Below, in pieces: positions 1 through 9,700 of a stretch of DNA of 60,587 bases; the first letter of the stretch is position 1; the number at the start of each line of letters is the position of its first letter. This DNA is from Candidatus Methanomethylophilaceae archaeon (GTDB taxonomy: Archaea; Thermoplasmatota; Thermoplasmata; Methanomassiliicoccales; Methanomethylophilaceae). The notes under the pieces are model-generated. The model saw nothing but the letters and a program-made list of their open reading frames with translations. It ran no database searches and was not told where the DNA came from. The stretch is from contig CALUNK010000001.1 in the NCBI GenBank assembly GCA_944321985.1, positions 1-60,587 of the forward strand. Reading direction: 5' to 3'. A program made the position numbers and the translations under genes.

Positions 1-3000
1 AGAGAATTGCAGAGCACGCACGAAGGACCAGCGTTACCACCGGACACACTGTCGGAATAGCCACCCACATACACGAGCGGATAGTTCGAACCAAATGCGA
101 GATCCTGATAGTCACACAGACCTGTCGTGCTACTCCCGCCGGTGGCATGTCCCATCCCCCATGCGATGTCGGATGTCTCGATCTCTCCGGGAAATCCGGT
201 CGTGTTGTAGGGCAGACTGATGGCCGTCTTGTTGCTGCTGTTGTCCGACGGGCTCGAGTTCTGCCCGACATACATCGTCGTCCCGGAGCAGTAGACGTCG
301 TCGATGAACTGGTAGCAACATCCCCAGAAGTTCTCGATCAGGAACTTCATGGCATCGGACTGCCCGGACGAGTTCCCCGCATAGGGTCCAAGTGCGTTAG
401 TCAGTCCGGTTGTCGGCGAGCTGTACGACTGTCCACCCTGCGCGAGCTTCTGACCGTTGAACCTCTTGGCTCTGATGATGAACTTCTCGAACATCATGCG
501 CCAGTCATGGTAATTCCAGACCATCGCATGGCCGTCCTGTACCGTGTTCGCCGCGGCCTGCGTCCTGAACGTCGCCCTCGTCTGTGAGCGGGTCGCGGTC
601 ACGCCGGAGATGGACATGAGCTTGCCACCGTTGTTGTATCCGAGGTAAACACCTATCGCCTTGTACTGGTAGACATGATCGTCGACAGTGTGTGCATAGG
701 CAGTTCCCGATTCCGCCTTGCTGGAGTGGGTGATCTTCCCTGCTTCCCCCTTGCGGTAGTAGGTTGGGACGCAGAACATCGTATTCTCCGTGGTGATTGC
801 GGAGTTTCCGGTCTGCCCATAGTCCCATTCCTTGGACGTGTCGTCCCATACTGCGATGTACTTCGACAGATCGTAGGGGTTCAGGAGCTGGTGCAGCACA
901 CCCGTGGATGTGAAGGTCGCATAGAAACATCCCTCCGCATCCATTCCGGTACTGGAATCGAATGCCCAATATCCTTCCTGCGTGAACCTAGCCAGGCTGG
1001 TGGCTGTATTGTTCACAGGAGTCATGCCAACCAGGTCATCAGAATATGTCAGACATCCATCATCATCAGTTTTGAACGTAGATGAATTGTAATTCAGACC
1101 ATGAGTCCACCCGAAACTCAGGGTCAGCGTGACCGGATGGCTCTGCCCTCCGACCGCATCGATTGTCATGGCCTGGACACTAGCGCCCTCGGGCACGTCA
1201 GAAGTTATACTGTACTGCCCGTCGAGGTTCAAGGTCAGCGTGACCGTTCCTCCGGTGACGGTCTGGGCACTGACCACATCGTCGCCTTCGAGCGATGTTG
1301 CCGTCACAGTCCTGCCAACCTCCAGCCCTGCACCGCTCGGATCCACTATGGTCACTTGAACCGTTGGCTTGGTCAGGATCCCGAAGCTCTTGGAGTAGGT
1401 TTGGTTGCGAACGGCAGTGAGGCTCTGGGAATCGGGTGTCAGATACCCAGTAGGAGGGGTCACCTGCACCAAATAGTCATCCTCATCGAGAACCAATGTC
1501 GCCTGTCCCTGGGAGTTGGTGTAGTCGGAGACGGTTGTGTCACCCACTGCACGGACCAGGAGTCCGGATGCAGCGGATGTCGGTGTGACGATGACCGTCA
1601 GGACGGGCTTGCGGTCCAGCTCCAGGCTCACTGAGTAGTCCTCCCCTGCGGCTGCGGACTGCAACACGGTGGTAACAGAGTAGAATCCGGACGGTGAGTC
1701 GCACCCGATGGTCCAGTCCGCTGCAGGCAGGGTCAGAGTGACCTTTCCCTGAGCATTGGTTGTGCCCTGTACCTGAGTCTGTCCCGTGGCTGTCGCCGTC
1801 ACCGTCCTGCCCTCCTGCGCCCCGGTCGAAGCGTTATCGGTGACTGTAACTTCGACTGTCGGTTTCGCCAGGATCTCAAATGCCAGTGTATACACGCCTC
1901 CTGCCTCGGCCACAAGCTGATGGCTGACGGGGTTGACACCCTGTCCTGCAGGGCAGTCGCATGTGACTGTATACGTCGCAATATCGATCCCCTCGATTGT
2001 GACTGTATTTCCGGATCCAGAGCTCCCCGTGATGGGACTTCCCGTCGCAGGGGTGAGCGTGACGGTCCTGCCAGCGGTGTCCACTCCGGAGAGATTTACG
2101 GTCAGCCTGGGTAGTTCGTAGCACGTGGTGCCGACGTCCTGGTTGATGTCCGTGATTTGGACGGTCGGAGTAGATGCGAAAACATAGTTGGTCTTGCTGC
2201 AACTCACCGTGTAGATCAGACTCTGCTTGACGATTAAGTCGCACTTCCCTTCCGCGTTCGTCTCCGCCGAAATGGTGTGCGTCGAGGATACGGCGGTGAC
2301 TGTGATGCCGGAGAGGTCGGGAGACCCCGCAGAGGCGGTCACGCTGAAATGGATGTAGAAGTCTATGCCTCCGCCTCCGGAGCCTCCGAGGGGCGCCCAC
2401 TGGCCGTTAACCCTGACATAGCCCTTCCTGCTGTTCTCCTCGTCACCGTCTGGGTCGGGGACGGTGTAGATGGCCGTCTCGTCGATGCCGGTCGAGGGCA
2501 GCTGGTCGACGTTGATGACCCGGGCTTTCTGACCGAGGGCAACGACCTGCGCCCTGGTCATGAGGCCGTCCTGTGATGCGGAGGCATCCTGGAGGGCGGT
2601 GGTACCCACGGTGATGCCGTCGGCATTCTGCGTGACCTCCGCGTCGGGCATGGTGATGTCGACGGTCCTGTCCGCTCCGATCTGGAGCGGAGTACCGTCA
2701 ACCTTCACGCCCTCCAGGACGTTGACCTGCGCCCCCGACTCGATGCCGTCAAGCTTGACCTTGTCGAGGTTGGACATCAGACCGGTAGATGACTGCGTCG
2801 CGGTCCCCGGCCTGTTGGTCAAGTCATTGTACGATCCGGACTTGGCGACGCTGGCGAGGTCGGCGTCGTCGGCCTTGAGCGCGAGACCCGACTCCAGTTC
2901 ATCCGATGTGGCGTAGTCCCCGACGGGCTGGTATTTGGATGCGGCACCACCGACAGTCTCGTAGTTGCCAACTGGCTGCTTACCATCCAGTGCGTTCTGC

Positions 3001-4517
3001 ACGGCAGTGCTAACGGGCTTGTCCATATCGGCGGTGTTGTCCACATTGCCGAGCCCCACCTGCTCCTTTGTCACAGCATGAGGGTTGGAGGTGTTTCCGA
3101 CATGGGAGCTCAGAGCAGTGGTCTCCGCCTTGTCGGCAAGCTCCCCATCGATTCTGGTGATGTTCTCGGTGATCACCTTGTTCTGCAGACCATTGGTGGA
3201 TTCCAGGTCCATGGCTGCATCCATGACTCCCGCATCCCCTGGATCGCCCTTGTCACCTTTCTCCCCCTGGATGCCTTGGATCCCCTGGATCCCCTGGGGG
3301 CCCTGTATGCCCTGCATTCCGGACAAATCGGTGATGTAGTCGTACTGCGTGTCACCCTTGACGTAGACCTTGCCCTGGTCCTCGTCCTCCACATTTCCCG
3401 CGTCTATGATGACCATGGCCCCGATGGCCACTCCGTCGGTGGCGTATCCGGCGTTCATGGCCTCTATTGAGCTGTAGGTCTTGGTGAAGCTGATCGGAGG
3501 CCCCTGGGGGCCCTGTATGCCCTGTTCCCCTTGGTCTCCCTTGTCCCCTTTGTCACCCTTGTCACCTTTCTCCCCCTGGATGCCTTGGATCCCCTGGATC
3601 CCCTGGGGGCCCTGAAGGTCCTGGCTGTACTGTCCGTTGACGTCAGTGACCACCAACGTGGTCCCCTGCCACTCGAACGTCGGGGACACTCCAGGTATCC
3701 CCTGGATTCCCTGGTCCCCCTTCTCACCCTGAAGACCCTGCGGTCCAGTCAGATGCTGGGAGATCTCCGTGCCGTCCTTGTCGGTAACAGCTAGCTGGTC
3801 TCCTTGCCACTCGGCAGTGACCGAGAATCCCTGGTCCCCTTTGTCCCCTTTGTCCCCTTTGTCCCCTTTGTCGCCCTTCTCCCCCTGTGGGCCTGTGAGC
3901 GGAGGCGACTCATGGGGGCCATCCGCATCGGTTACTATGAGAACGTCGTCCTCCCAAGCCACCGATGGAGAGAGACCGTCTACTCCTACGACGATCCAGT
4001 CGTCAGAGTCGTCGGACGGTTCGCTTCCGATGTTATCATCAACCAGAGACTGCCACAGCCTCCCGTCGTGAACCACAAAGGAATCCTTGTGATACCTCAT
4101 GTCGGCCAGCCAGGTCCATGAGTCCGACCTGAGCATCAGGTCCGAGCCGTAGGCAGCGCCCAGCTCATCGAAGGCGTCCGGTAGAACGGTGACGTCGAAC
4201 ACGATCTGGTTCCTGGATCCCTCCCTCTGCCCGGTGTCGTACTGGACTAGGAGGTTCACGGGAAGGGTTCCACCCCTGCATGCGCTGAGCACCTGCAGGG
4301 GCAGCTTCACGGTGCCCTCTTCGGAGACTTTCAGAGGCGGGCGGTAGCGTCTCGCGCCGTCGCAGATTGTGACACCGCAGACGAGGTACAGGGTCGCGCC
4401 CGTGATGGGTGCGATTGAGAATGTCACGGCGCAGTCGTCGATCGTGGTCCCGGCTCCCTCGGAGTCCGCCGTTAGAAGGCGGCTCTTCGGGTCATAGGTG
4501 AGCCCGATGGTTTGCAT
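1..4517 (-). CDS. Tail fibre / receptor-binding adhesin, >1505 aa, 3'-truncated by the window edge; collagen-like G-X-Y repeats, Thr/Val-rich beta-sandwich repeats, C-terminal C-type-lectin-like domain
   Basis: Translated by hand from ATG 4517 (MQTIGLTYDPKSRLL...) with no stop down to position 1. Contains GPQGEKGDKGDKGDK and GIQGIQGEKGD repeats, the fibre motif HVGNTSNPHAVTKEQVGLGNVDNTADMDKPVS, and C-terminal IENFWGCCYQFIDD...VYVGGYSDSVSGGNAGPSCVLCNS. Absent from the ORF track, presumably because it has no stop in the window. Confidence 0.88.
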   Translation of the reverse strand, partial: MQTIGLTYDPKSRLLTADSEGAGTTIDDCAVTFSIAPITGATLYLVCGVTICDGARRYRPPLKVSEEGTVKLPLQVLSACRGGTLPVNLLVQYDTGQREGSRNQIVFDVTVLPDAFDELGAAYGSDLMLRSDSWTWLADMRYHKDSFVVHDGRLWQSLVDDNIGSEPSDDSDDWIVVGVDGLSPSVAWEDDVLIVTDADGPHESPPLTGPQGEKGDKGDKGDKGDKGDQGFSVTAEWQGDQLAVTDKDGTEISQHLTGPQGLQGEKGDQGIQGIPGVSPTFEWQGTTLVVTDVNGQYSQDLQGPQGIQGIQGIQGEKGDKGDKGDKGDQGEQGIQGPQGPPISFTKTYSSIEAMNAGYATDGVAIGAMVIIDAGNVEDEDQGKVYVKGDTQYDYITDLSGMQGIQGPQGIQGIQGIQGEKGDKGDPGDAGVMDAAMDLESTNGLQNKVITENITRIDGELADKAETTALSSHVGNTSNPHAVTKEQVGLGNVDNTADMDKPVSTAVQNALDGKQPVGNYETVGGAASKYQPVGDYATSDELESGLALKADDADLASVAKSGSYNDLTNRPGTATQSSTGLMSNLDKVKLDGIESGAQVNVLEGVKVDGTPLQIGADRTVDITMPDAEVTQNADGITVGTTALQDASASQDGLMTRAQVVALGQKARVINVDQLPSTGIDETAIYTVPDPDGDEENSRKGYVRVNGQWAPLGGSGGGGIDFYIHFSVTASAGSPDLSGITVTAVSSTHTISAETNAEGKCDLIVKQSLIYTVSCSKTNYVFASTPTVQITDINQDVGTTCYELPRLTVNLSGVDTAGRTVTLTPATGSPITGSSGSGNTVTIEGIDIATYTVTCDCPAGQGVNPVSHQLVAEAGGVYTLAFEILAKPTVEVTVTDNASTGAQEGRTVTATATGQTQVQGTTNAQGKVTLTLPAADWTIGCDSPSGFYSVTTVLQSAAAGEDYSVSLELDRKPVLTVIVTPTSAASGLLVRAVGDTTVSDYTNSQGQATLVLDEDDYLVQVTPPTGYLTPDSQSLTAVRNQTYSKSFGILTKPTVQVTIVDPSGAGLEVGRTVTATSLEGDDVVSAQTVTGGTVTLTLNLDGQYSITSDVPEGASVQAMTIDAVGGQSHPVTLTLSFGWTHGLNYNSSTFKTDDDGCLTYSDDLVGMTPVNNTATSLARFTQEGYWAFDSSTGMDAEGCFYATFTSTGVLHQLLNPYDLSKYIAVWDDTSKEWDYGQTGNSAITTENTMFCVPTYYRKGEAGKITHSSKAESGTAYAHTVDDHVYQYKAIGVYLGYNNGGKLMSISGVTATRSQTRATFRTQAAANTVQDGHAMVWNYHDWRMMFEKFIIRAKRFNGQKLAQGGQSYSSPTTGLTNALGPYAGNSSGQSDAMKFLIENFWGCCYQFIDDVYCSGTTMYVGQNSSPSDNSSNKTAISLPYNTTGFPGEIETSDIAWGMGHATGGSSTTGLCDYQDLAFGSNYPLVYVGGYSDSVSGGNAGPSCVLCNS
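3247..3614. repeat. 59-bp perfect direct repeat (3247-3305 and 3556-3614) in the collagen-coding part of the fibre gene
   Basis: cccttgtcacctttctccccctggatgccttggatcccctggatcccctgggggccctg occurs twice, 309 bp apart (in frame). Confidence 0.9.
3834..3869. repeat. (GTCCCCTTT)x4 tandem repeat encoding (KGD)n collagen triplets
   Basis: Four exact 9-bp units read directly from the sequence. Confidence 0.9.
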
Positions 4518-4534
4518 ACGGACGAATGCTTTGC

Positions 4535-4558
4535 GGACGCTTATAAAGGACGATTCGA
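4535..4558 (-). promoter_or_regulatory. Viral promoter motif, copy 1 (leaderless, tail fibre gene)
   Basis: Minus strand TCGAATCGTCC-TTTATAA-GCGTCC; the TATA box ends 24 nt upstream of ATG 4517. Confidence 0.75.
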
Positions 4559-4563
4559 GGTTC

Positions 4564-4663
4564 GCCCCCGAGGCCAAGGTACCGGACCGCCGGGGACCTC
4601 GGGGACATGCTTATGACACTACCCGGCGGGATGATGGGATTGTTCGCACTGCTGCACAGCGCG
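4564..4663 (-). ncRNA. Candidate ~100-nt structured RNA (5' hairpin + H-type pseudoknot) downstream of the DUF3800 gene
   Basis: Hairpin CGCGCUG/CAGUGCG (4663-4645). Stem A CCGCCGGG (4629-4622) pairs with CCCGGCGG (4594-4587). Stem B GUCCCCGAGGUC (4606-4595) pairs with GGCCUCGGGGGC (4575-4564). All three non-Watson-Crick positions are G-U pairs only on the minus strand. It has its own TATA copy at 4687-4693 and no start codon at the expected start site. Confidence 0.65.
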
Positions 4664-4686
4664 GATACTGGATGTGGGTGGGTTGG

Positions 4687-4703
4687 TTATAAAGGACGAC
4701 TCA
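4687..4703 (-). promoter_or_regulatory. Viral promoter motif, copy 2 (drives the candidate ncRNA)
   Basis: Minus strand TGAGTCGTCC-TTTATAA, overlapping the DUF3800 stop codon. 24 nt downstream is 4663, the first base of the 5' hairpin. Confidence 0.7.
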
Positions 4704-5459
4704 CTCCATGTACTTCCACCCATAACCCTTCACGCAACCCCACCAGCTTTTCTGCAGATGAGGGTACAGATGGGTCTCGAAAGCCATGGCCTTGGATTCG
4801 TCACAATCCGGATATTTGCCACGAGCGGCGTAGTTCAATCCGAAGTTGGAGATCAGATCCGCGAGTTGCAGTTCGGCCCATTCATGCGACAGTCCTCCGA
4901 GGATGTGGGGCGTGATGATGGGGCTGACCTTCTTGCCAGAGTGAGGGTTGGTATGGGCCAGCACACTGGCACTGAAATCCATCAGCTCGTTGGTGTTGGA
5001 CAGATCCCAGATGATCATGAACCGGTCCTCAACGGTATGAACACGGTCCACATCCATGGACACACGCTCCAGCAACATCTCTCTGGCCACGTCCTTTGCC
5101 TGCAGGCCGCTCTTGGCATTAGAGGGGGTGAACATGGACATGTTGATGATGTGGAGGTTGAACGGAACAGCCGTAACCCATGTCTTCATGTTGTATTTCT
5201 TAAGGATCTCGGCTACTCCCGATGCGACATCGTCGACGGTGATCCCGTCGTTCATACGTTTGGGCGTCAGATCGTTGGCCTTGAACTCGATGTTGGAACG
5301 ACGGAGAACCTTCCTGCGTAACTTGGTGACGTCCTCTGTAATCAAGTCGTGATCGTCCAGCTTCGCGGTGATTCCTACGGACACCCACAGATTCTTCTTC
5401 GTGTCAGCCTTCTGGGAACCGGACCCAGACTCGTCCATGTAGAGTGTCCAATAGTTCAT
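4701..5459 (-). CDS. DUF3800-family protein (predicted RNase H-like fold)
   Basis: N-terminal LYMDESG and C-terminal ELQLADLISN match the DE and QxxD motifs that define DUF3800. Likely start is MNYW at 5459, with a TTAAGAA TATA-like box about 26 nt upstream. Confidence 0.8.
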   Translation of the reverse strand: MNYWTLYMDESGSGSQKADTKKNLWVSVGITAKLDDHDLITEDVTKLRRKVLRRSNIEFKANDLTPKRMNDGITVDDVASGVAEILKKYNMKTWVTAVPFNLHIINMSMFTPSNAKSGLQAKDVAREMLLERVSMDVDRVHTVEDRFMIIWDLSNTNELMDFSASVLAHTNPHSGKKVSPIITPHILGGLSHEWAELQLADLISNFGLNYAARGKYPDCDESKAMAFETHLYPHLQKSWWGCVKGYGWKYME

Positions 5460-5634
5460 TATAAAAAGAGTGTATCCAACTCCCATTCTTAACTGGTTTG
5501 CAACGAAAACCGTTTTTAATCAGAATGTTTATATAACTATCGGAGAGAGGAAGACGGGCCTTCGTCTGTCAGCCCTCCTCCGTCCGGACAGGGAGTGCGG
5601 GTTTCACCTGCTAGGCCCTGTCCGTCTTTTCGTA

Positions 5635-6270
5635 TCAACTGTGCATCTCGATGGCCGTCCTGACTTTGCTCTCGGTGTCCGGTCCGACCTCGTGAGCGAC
5701 TTCGACCAGGAGGTCGTACCACTCTGCCGCACTGCGCCCGGATCTCTGCGAGAACCGCTCCGCCACCGTTCCGACCGATTCCCCCGCATCCTCCCCCATG
5801 TACTCGCATTCCGCGAGAATTGTCCAGATGTGCCATTCGGCGGCGAGTCTCAACGTCTCCTCGGACATCGTCGGCTCCGAATGTCTCAGATAGCCCTCCT
5901 CATCCAGATCGTCTAGCGAGTGTCCCCAATAGCAATCGTCCAGATACATGCCGCACAGGGTCTCGGCGGCCATCGCCACCATGTGCAGGGGGCCTCTGAC
6001 CATCGCCTGGTCATAGAACTCCTCGAGGAACCTTGTAACAGCCTCGAACGACGGCAGATCATGGTAGCGGATGGCGATGGCGTCTGAGATCCTATGGAGG
6101 TTCATCCGGAACAGTGGAGGGGCGACCTCCTGAGCCTCTATCCTGAACTTCGCATCCTCTAAGTCGAAGCCGTCCGGCATCGAATCCCGGTAGAACGTCA
6201 TGTCGTAGAGTTCCATCCCGATATGGTATGCATCCGCCTCCAGGATGGGGACCCGGTCGTTGTTTCCCAT
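5635..6270 (-). CDS. Acidic hypothetical protein (211 aa), provirus accessory gene
   Basis: Start trimmed to MGNNDRV (6270); the longer ORF-track version overlaps the opposite-strand gene. About 43 D/E versus about 16 K/R by hand count. Confidence 0.65.
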   Translation of the reverse strand: MGNNDRVPILEADAYHIGMELYDMTFYRDSMPDGFDLEDAKFRIEAQEVAPPLFRMNLHRISDAIAIRYHDLPSFEAVTRFLEEFYDQAMVRGPLHMVAMAAETLCGMYLDDCYWGHSLDDLDEEGYLRHSEPTMSEETLRLAAEWHIWTILAECEYMGEDAGESVGTVAERFSQRSGRSAAEWYDLLVEVAHEVGPDTESKVRTAIEMHS

Positions 6271-6315
6271 GTGTTCGAATCTCGATAGCCCTTTAAGCTG
6301 ATGTTGCAATAAGAG

Positions 6316-6741
6316 ATGGGATTTGCAATGGACACCAAGCACGTTCTGGGAATCATCGGCATCGCCGGGATCGTCGTCGTCATCGCCGCGGCCGCCGGGT
6401 ACATGCTGACGCAGGACGGAGGGCAGGATGACGGCGGGGACTCGTCTGATGATGGAAGGACGGTGCTGGAGTACACCTTGAACGTCCGTGATGCCGGAGG
6501 TGGCGGAGAATACTATTTCGACGTCCATTTCAAAGCAGACGTGCCTGGAAGCTTTACCGTGTATCTGGGGAACTCGCCCATCATCCTCCCGTATGGAAAC
6601 ACGATGACTGAGAGATGGCACTCCAGCGTGAACTTCGACAGGGATTACAGCGGATTTTATGAGGCCGGCCAGGACATTGAATACGTCCAAGCCAACCTCC
6701 ATCTGGTGTTTTCCAGCAACATCGATGCCATCCGTGTCTAA
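6316..6741 (+). CDS. Membrane-anchored protein with an N-terminal TM helix; the only convincing plus-strand gene in the provirus (candidate superinfection-exclusion or moron gene)
   Basis: HVLGIIGIAGIVVVIAAAAGYML TM segment, acidic linker, beta-rich domain. TTTAAG box 24 nt upstream. Its stop codon abuts the stop of the 1748-aa gene. Confidence 0.7.
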   Translation: MGFAMDTKHVLGIIGIAGIVVVIAAAAGYMLTQDGGQDDGGDSSDDGRTVLEYTLNVRDAGGGGEYYFDVHFKADVPGSFTVYLGNSPIILPYGNTMTERWHSSVNFDRDYSGFYEAGQDIEYVQANLHLVFSSNIDAIRV

Positions 6742-9700
6742 TCATAACATGGGACAATCCAGATTGAGGATCAGGAGCTGGCCCTCGTAATAATCGGGCC
6801 TCAAGGTTGGCCTGATGGCGATGGACGGCCCTCCATTGATCCGGATATCGCAGACATCATACGATGCATCGTCCCTTGCATGCAGTCCTCCATTTGCTGG
6901 AGCTGAGGCAACGATGACATTCCTCCCAGATGGTAGCTGTAGGATAGACACATCGTTGAAATCAAACCAGGATTGAATGCTGTAAAGCTTGCCTTGAACA
7001 TCATTCCCGCTATCCTTTATCGTCTGCGCCTGATCCGTGCGAACTCTCACGTACTGCGTGTTGAAAAGCGTCGTGTCGTTCGCTCCGGTAGCCACATCAG
7101 CCGATGTCACCGCCATCGCCGCCGTGTCAGAGATCCCGGACGAGTAGATCATCGAGTGGTTCGTGAGGACCACCGTGGTTGTGCATGCGGAGTAGTCTAT
7201 CCTGAGCTCCCTCGCCCTCACCTGATACCCAAAAAGACCGTTCCTGGAGTCAGTGACCTTCAGCGCCACACCCGAGCCCGCATACGCGCCAGTTGCCGGC
7301 AGGAGGTCCCTCCTGATGCCTGGGATGGTGATGGTGCCCTCCCACTCGTCCAGGTCGTTCTCGGTGATCTCTGCCCATGCGCTGTTCGCCGCATCCACGG
7401 CCATGTTTACGCTGCCGTCCGCGATGACATTCTCGACTACCAGGCCGAACCTCCTCGATGTGGATGCGGTATCCTCGACGGCCACCATGATCGGCGTGCT
7501 GTCGGCCCGTCCCTTGGAGGACATGGTCCCACGGACCAGTACCAGGTTGGGACGGCTCTTGAACGTCATGCTCGGGGAGAACGATGCGAGGGCGATCCTC
7601 TCCTCCGACCCCGTGACGGCATCCCCTCCATAGTGGATGTGCGCGAACGCGCTGTCTGTGAGCCTGTGACGGGACGATAGGACAATGATCGGCGTGGTGT
7701 ATCCCCTGGCGGAGAACGCCCTTCTGCGGCCGCTCTGAGCGGGCACATCGGCCAGCTTCTGATAGTAGTCGAGTGCATACCCTCCGCCCGTCCTGAACAT
7801 CCTCAGCTCCGCATCATCCGGGGTTCCCGCGACCAGAGGCGTCATCCCGAAGGCCCATGCCATGGACTCCATCATCGAGATGGTGCTCTGGGATCCAGTT
7901 ATGAACGCCACCCTCACCCTGTCCTCCGACGGGATGTAGAGAGAGGAATCGTCCAGATCGTTCACACCATCTATGGCGGTTACCGTCAGCCTGTCAGAGG
8001 ACAGCTCGCACTCCGAGACCCTCATCCAGTTCCCTGTGGTGACATCCATGTTGATCGAAACGCCGGTGATGTCGTAGACCTCGCTCTCGATGTCGAATGG
8101 CCCTGTGCCTCCAATCAGCAGGCTTACGCTGCCGTCCCTGCTTCCCGAGTACCCCGTGAGCTCCAGCTCCAGTATGGCCTCCCCTCCGACGATGTCCACT
8201 CCCGACGTGGAGCCGTTCCAGAAATCCATGTTGAGATCCATGGTATGCAGTGTCCCGAGATTGGTGAACGATGTGGACCACAACTCGAACCATGTCTGGT
8301 CTCCCGATCTGATCCGCGCCACACCCGAGAACGAGTAGGTCTCCGGCATATTCCTTCCCCTGAACCCGAGCCTGAGCCTGATGGACTCCAGGCGGTCGAC
8401 GTTCACCAGCGGGATCCTGACGCTGCATTTCGTCCCGTATGAGTTCCCGAATCCCAAGACGGACCTCTCGATGCTTCCGCTGTTCTGGGATGTGGTGAGG
8501 ACCTTCCAGAACGGGTCCCCGTCCATGATGGCCTCCGGAGGCATCGTCGATAGATTGCCGTACAGGCCGTTGCCGTCATGTCCGGCATCGAAGACGGCCG
8601 ATGTCCTGCTCTCCCCGTAGAAGTTCCTGCGGTAGGTGGTGCCGGACTTGGAAAGGAACGTGGTCCTGTCGCCAATCTGTATGTCCACCGTCTCGGCACT
8701 TGGCGAGATTGTGGTGATGAATCCGTCCAGTAGATACGACAACGTTCCATCCTCGTTGATGTCGTCTATCCTGACGTACATCCCCGTGGAGATGGGACCC
8801 GTGGGCCCCAAGTTCCACAGGTCGCAGTCATCCGACAGGAGCCCATGACCATCGGTGAGGTAGTCATTGAGCAGTGTGAAAGACGCCGAACCCGCCTGGT
8901 TCTCTGCGATGATGGCGGAGACCTCCCCTCCCCGGACCTGCAGGTACGTCGCGTCGATGTACTCATTCATCGCGCGATATATCCTGACGGATGCGTGCGG
9001 CAGGAGCTCCGCAGAGTATCCGCGCACATCTTCGATCCATTGGGCAGTCCAGGTTTCGATGGTGTTCTTCGTCTGTCCCATTTCCGACCTGTTTCCACCG
9101 GCATCGGTCCAGTGACTCAGACGGTGTCCAGGACGATCCACGACCGACCAGTCTGGCAGGACGTAGGCCCTGTCGGGTGCAGTGATGGTGACGACCTCCT
9201 GCCCGTTCGGGAACGTCCCTCCATTGGCATCGAAGGTCACCACCAGATCCTCACCGGGCTCGGGCACATCCCCCTCAGCCACTATCAGACGGAAGTACAC
9301 GCTGTATCCCCTTGTTCCCAATTCGACGAACACGAGTTCGGACACAGTGGTGGGGGTCCCCGACAGAACGATGGCACCCGAGGAGAACGACGTCGAATAC
9401 TCTGGATAGTTGGAGAATACGGTCGACCCTATCTGCGCGGTCACACCGTTCGGAAGCTCCCCGATTCCGTATTTGTAGGTGTTGATCGGGTAGTCGCCCT
9501 TGTTAGGGACGGTGATTGATACGGGGTCGTATGTCTGGAACGACCATGTGAACGGATCGGAGGGCGTCCCCTGACCAGTGGTCCCCTCGGGAATCTGGAA
9601 CCACTCGGCGTAGAGGACCGCATCGACATCGTCTCCAGTGACCGTGAATCTGTCCCCCGCTTGGTAGATCCTGCCGTCACCGCTGTTACCCGTGGATGTC

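Noticed and set aside
130-4121. Many short ORF-track entries on both strands
   Set aside because: They are shadows of the single open minus-strand frame 4517 to <1; the Pro/Leu-rich ones are antisense reads of collagen codons.
4564-4663. HDV-like, hammerhead or tRNA identity for the structured RNA
   Set aside because: No P3/L3 hairpin between the pseudoknot strands, no CUGANGA/GAAA core and no cloverleaf.
4498-5352. Plus-strand ORFs over the DUF3800 gene and ncRNA, and a 38-codon minus-strand ORF starting inside the pseudoknot
   Set aside because: They are antisense to a motif-bearing gene or run through the fibre promoter and start; no RBS or recognisable protein features.
6271-6702. N-terminal extension of the 355-aa ORF 5635-6702
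   Set aside because: It overlaps the convincing plus-strand membrane protein gene; ATG 6270 has a correctly spaced TATA.
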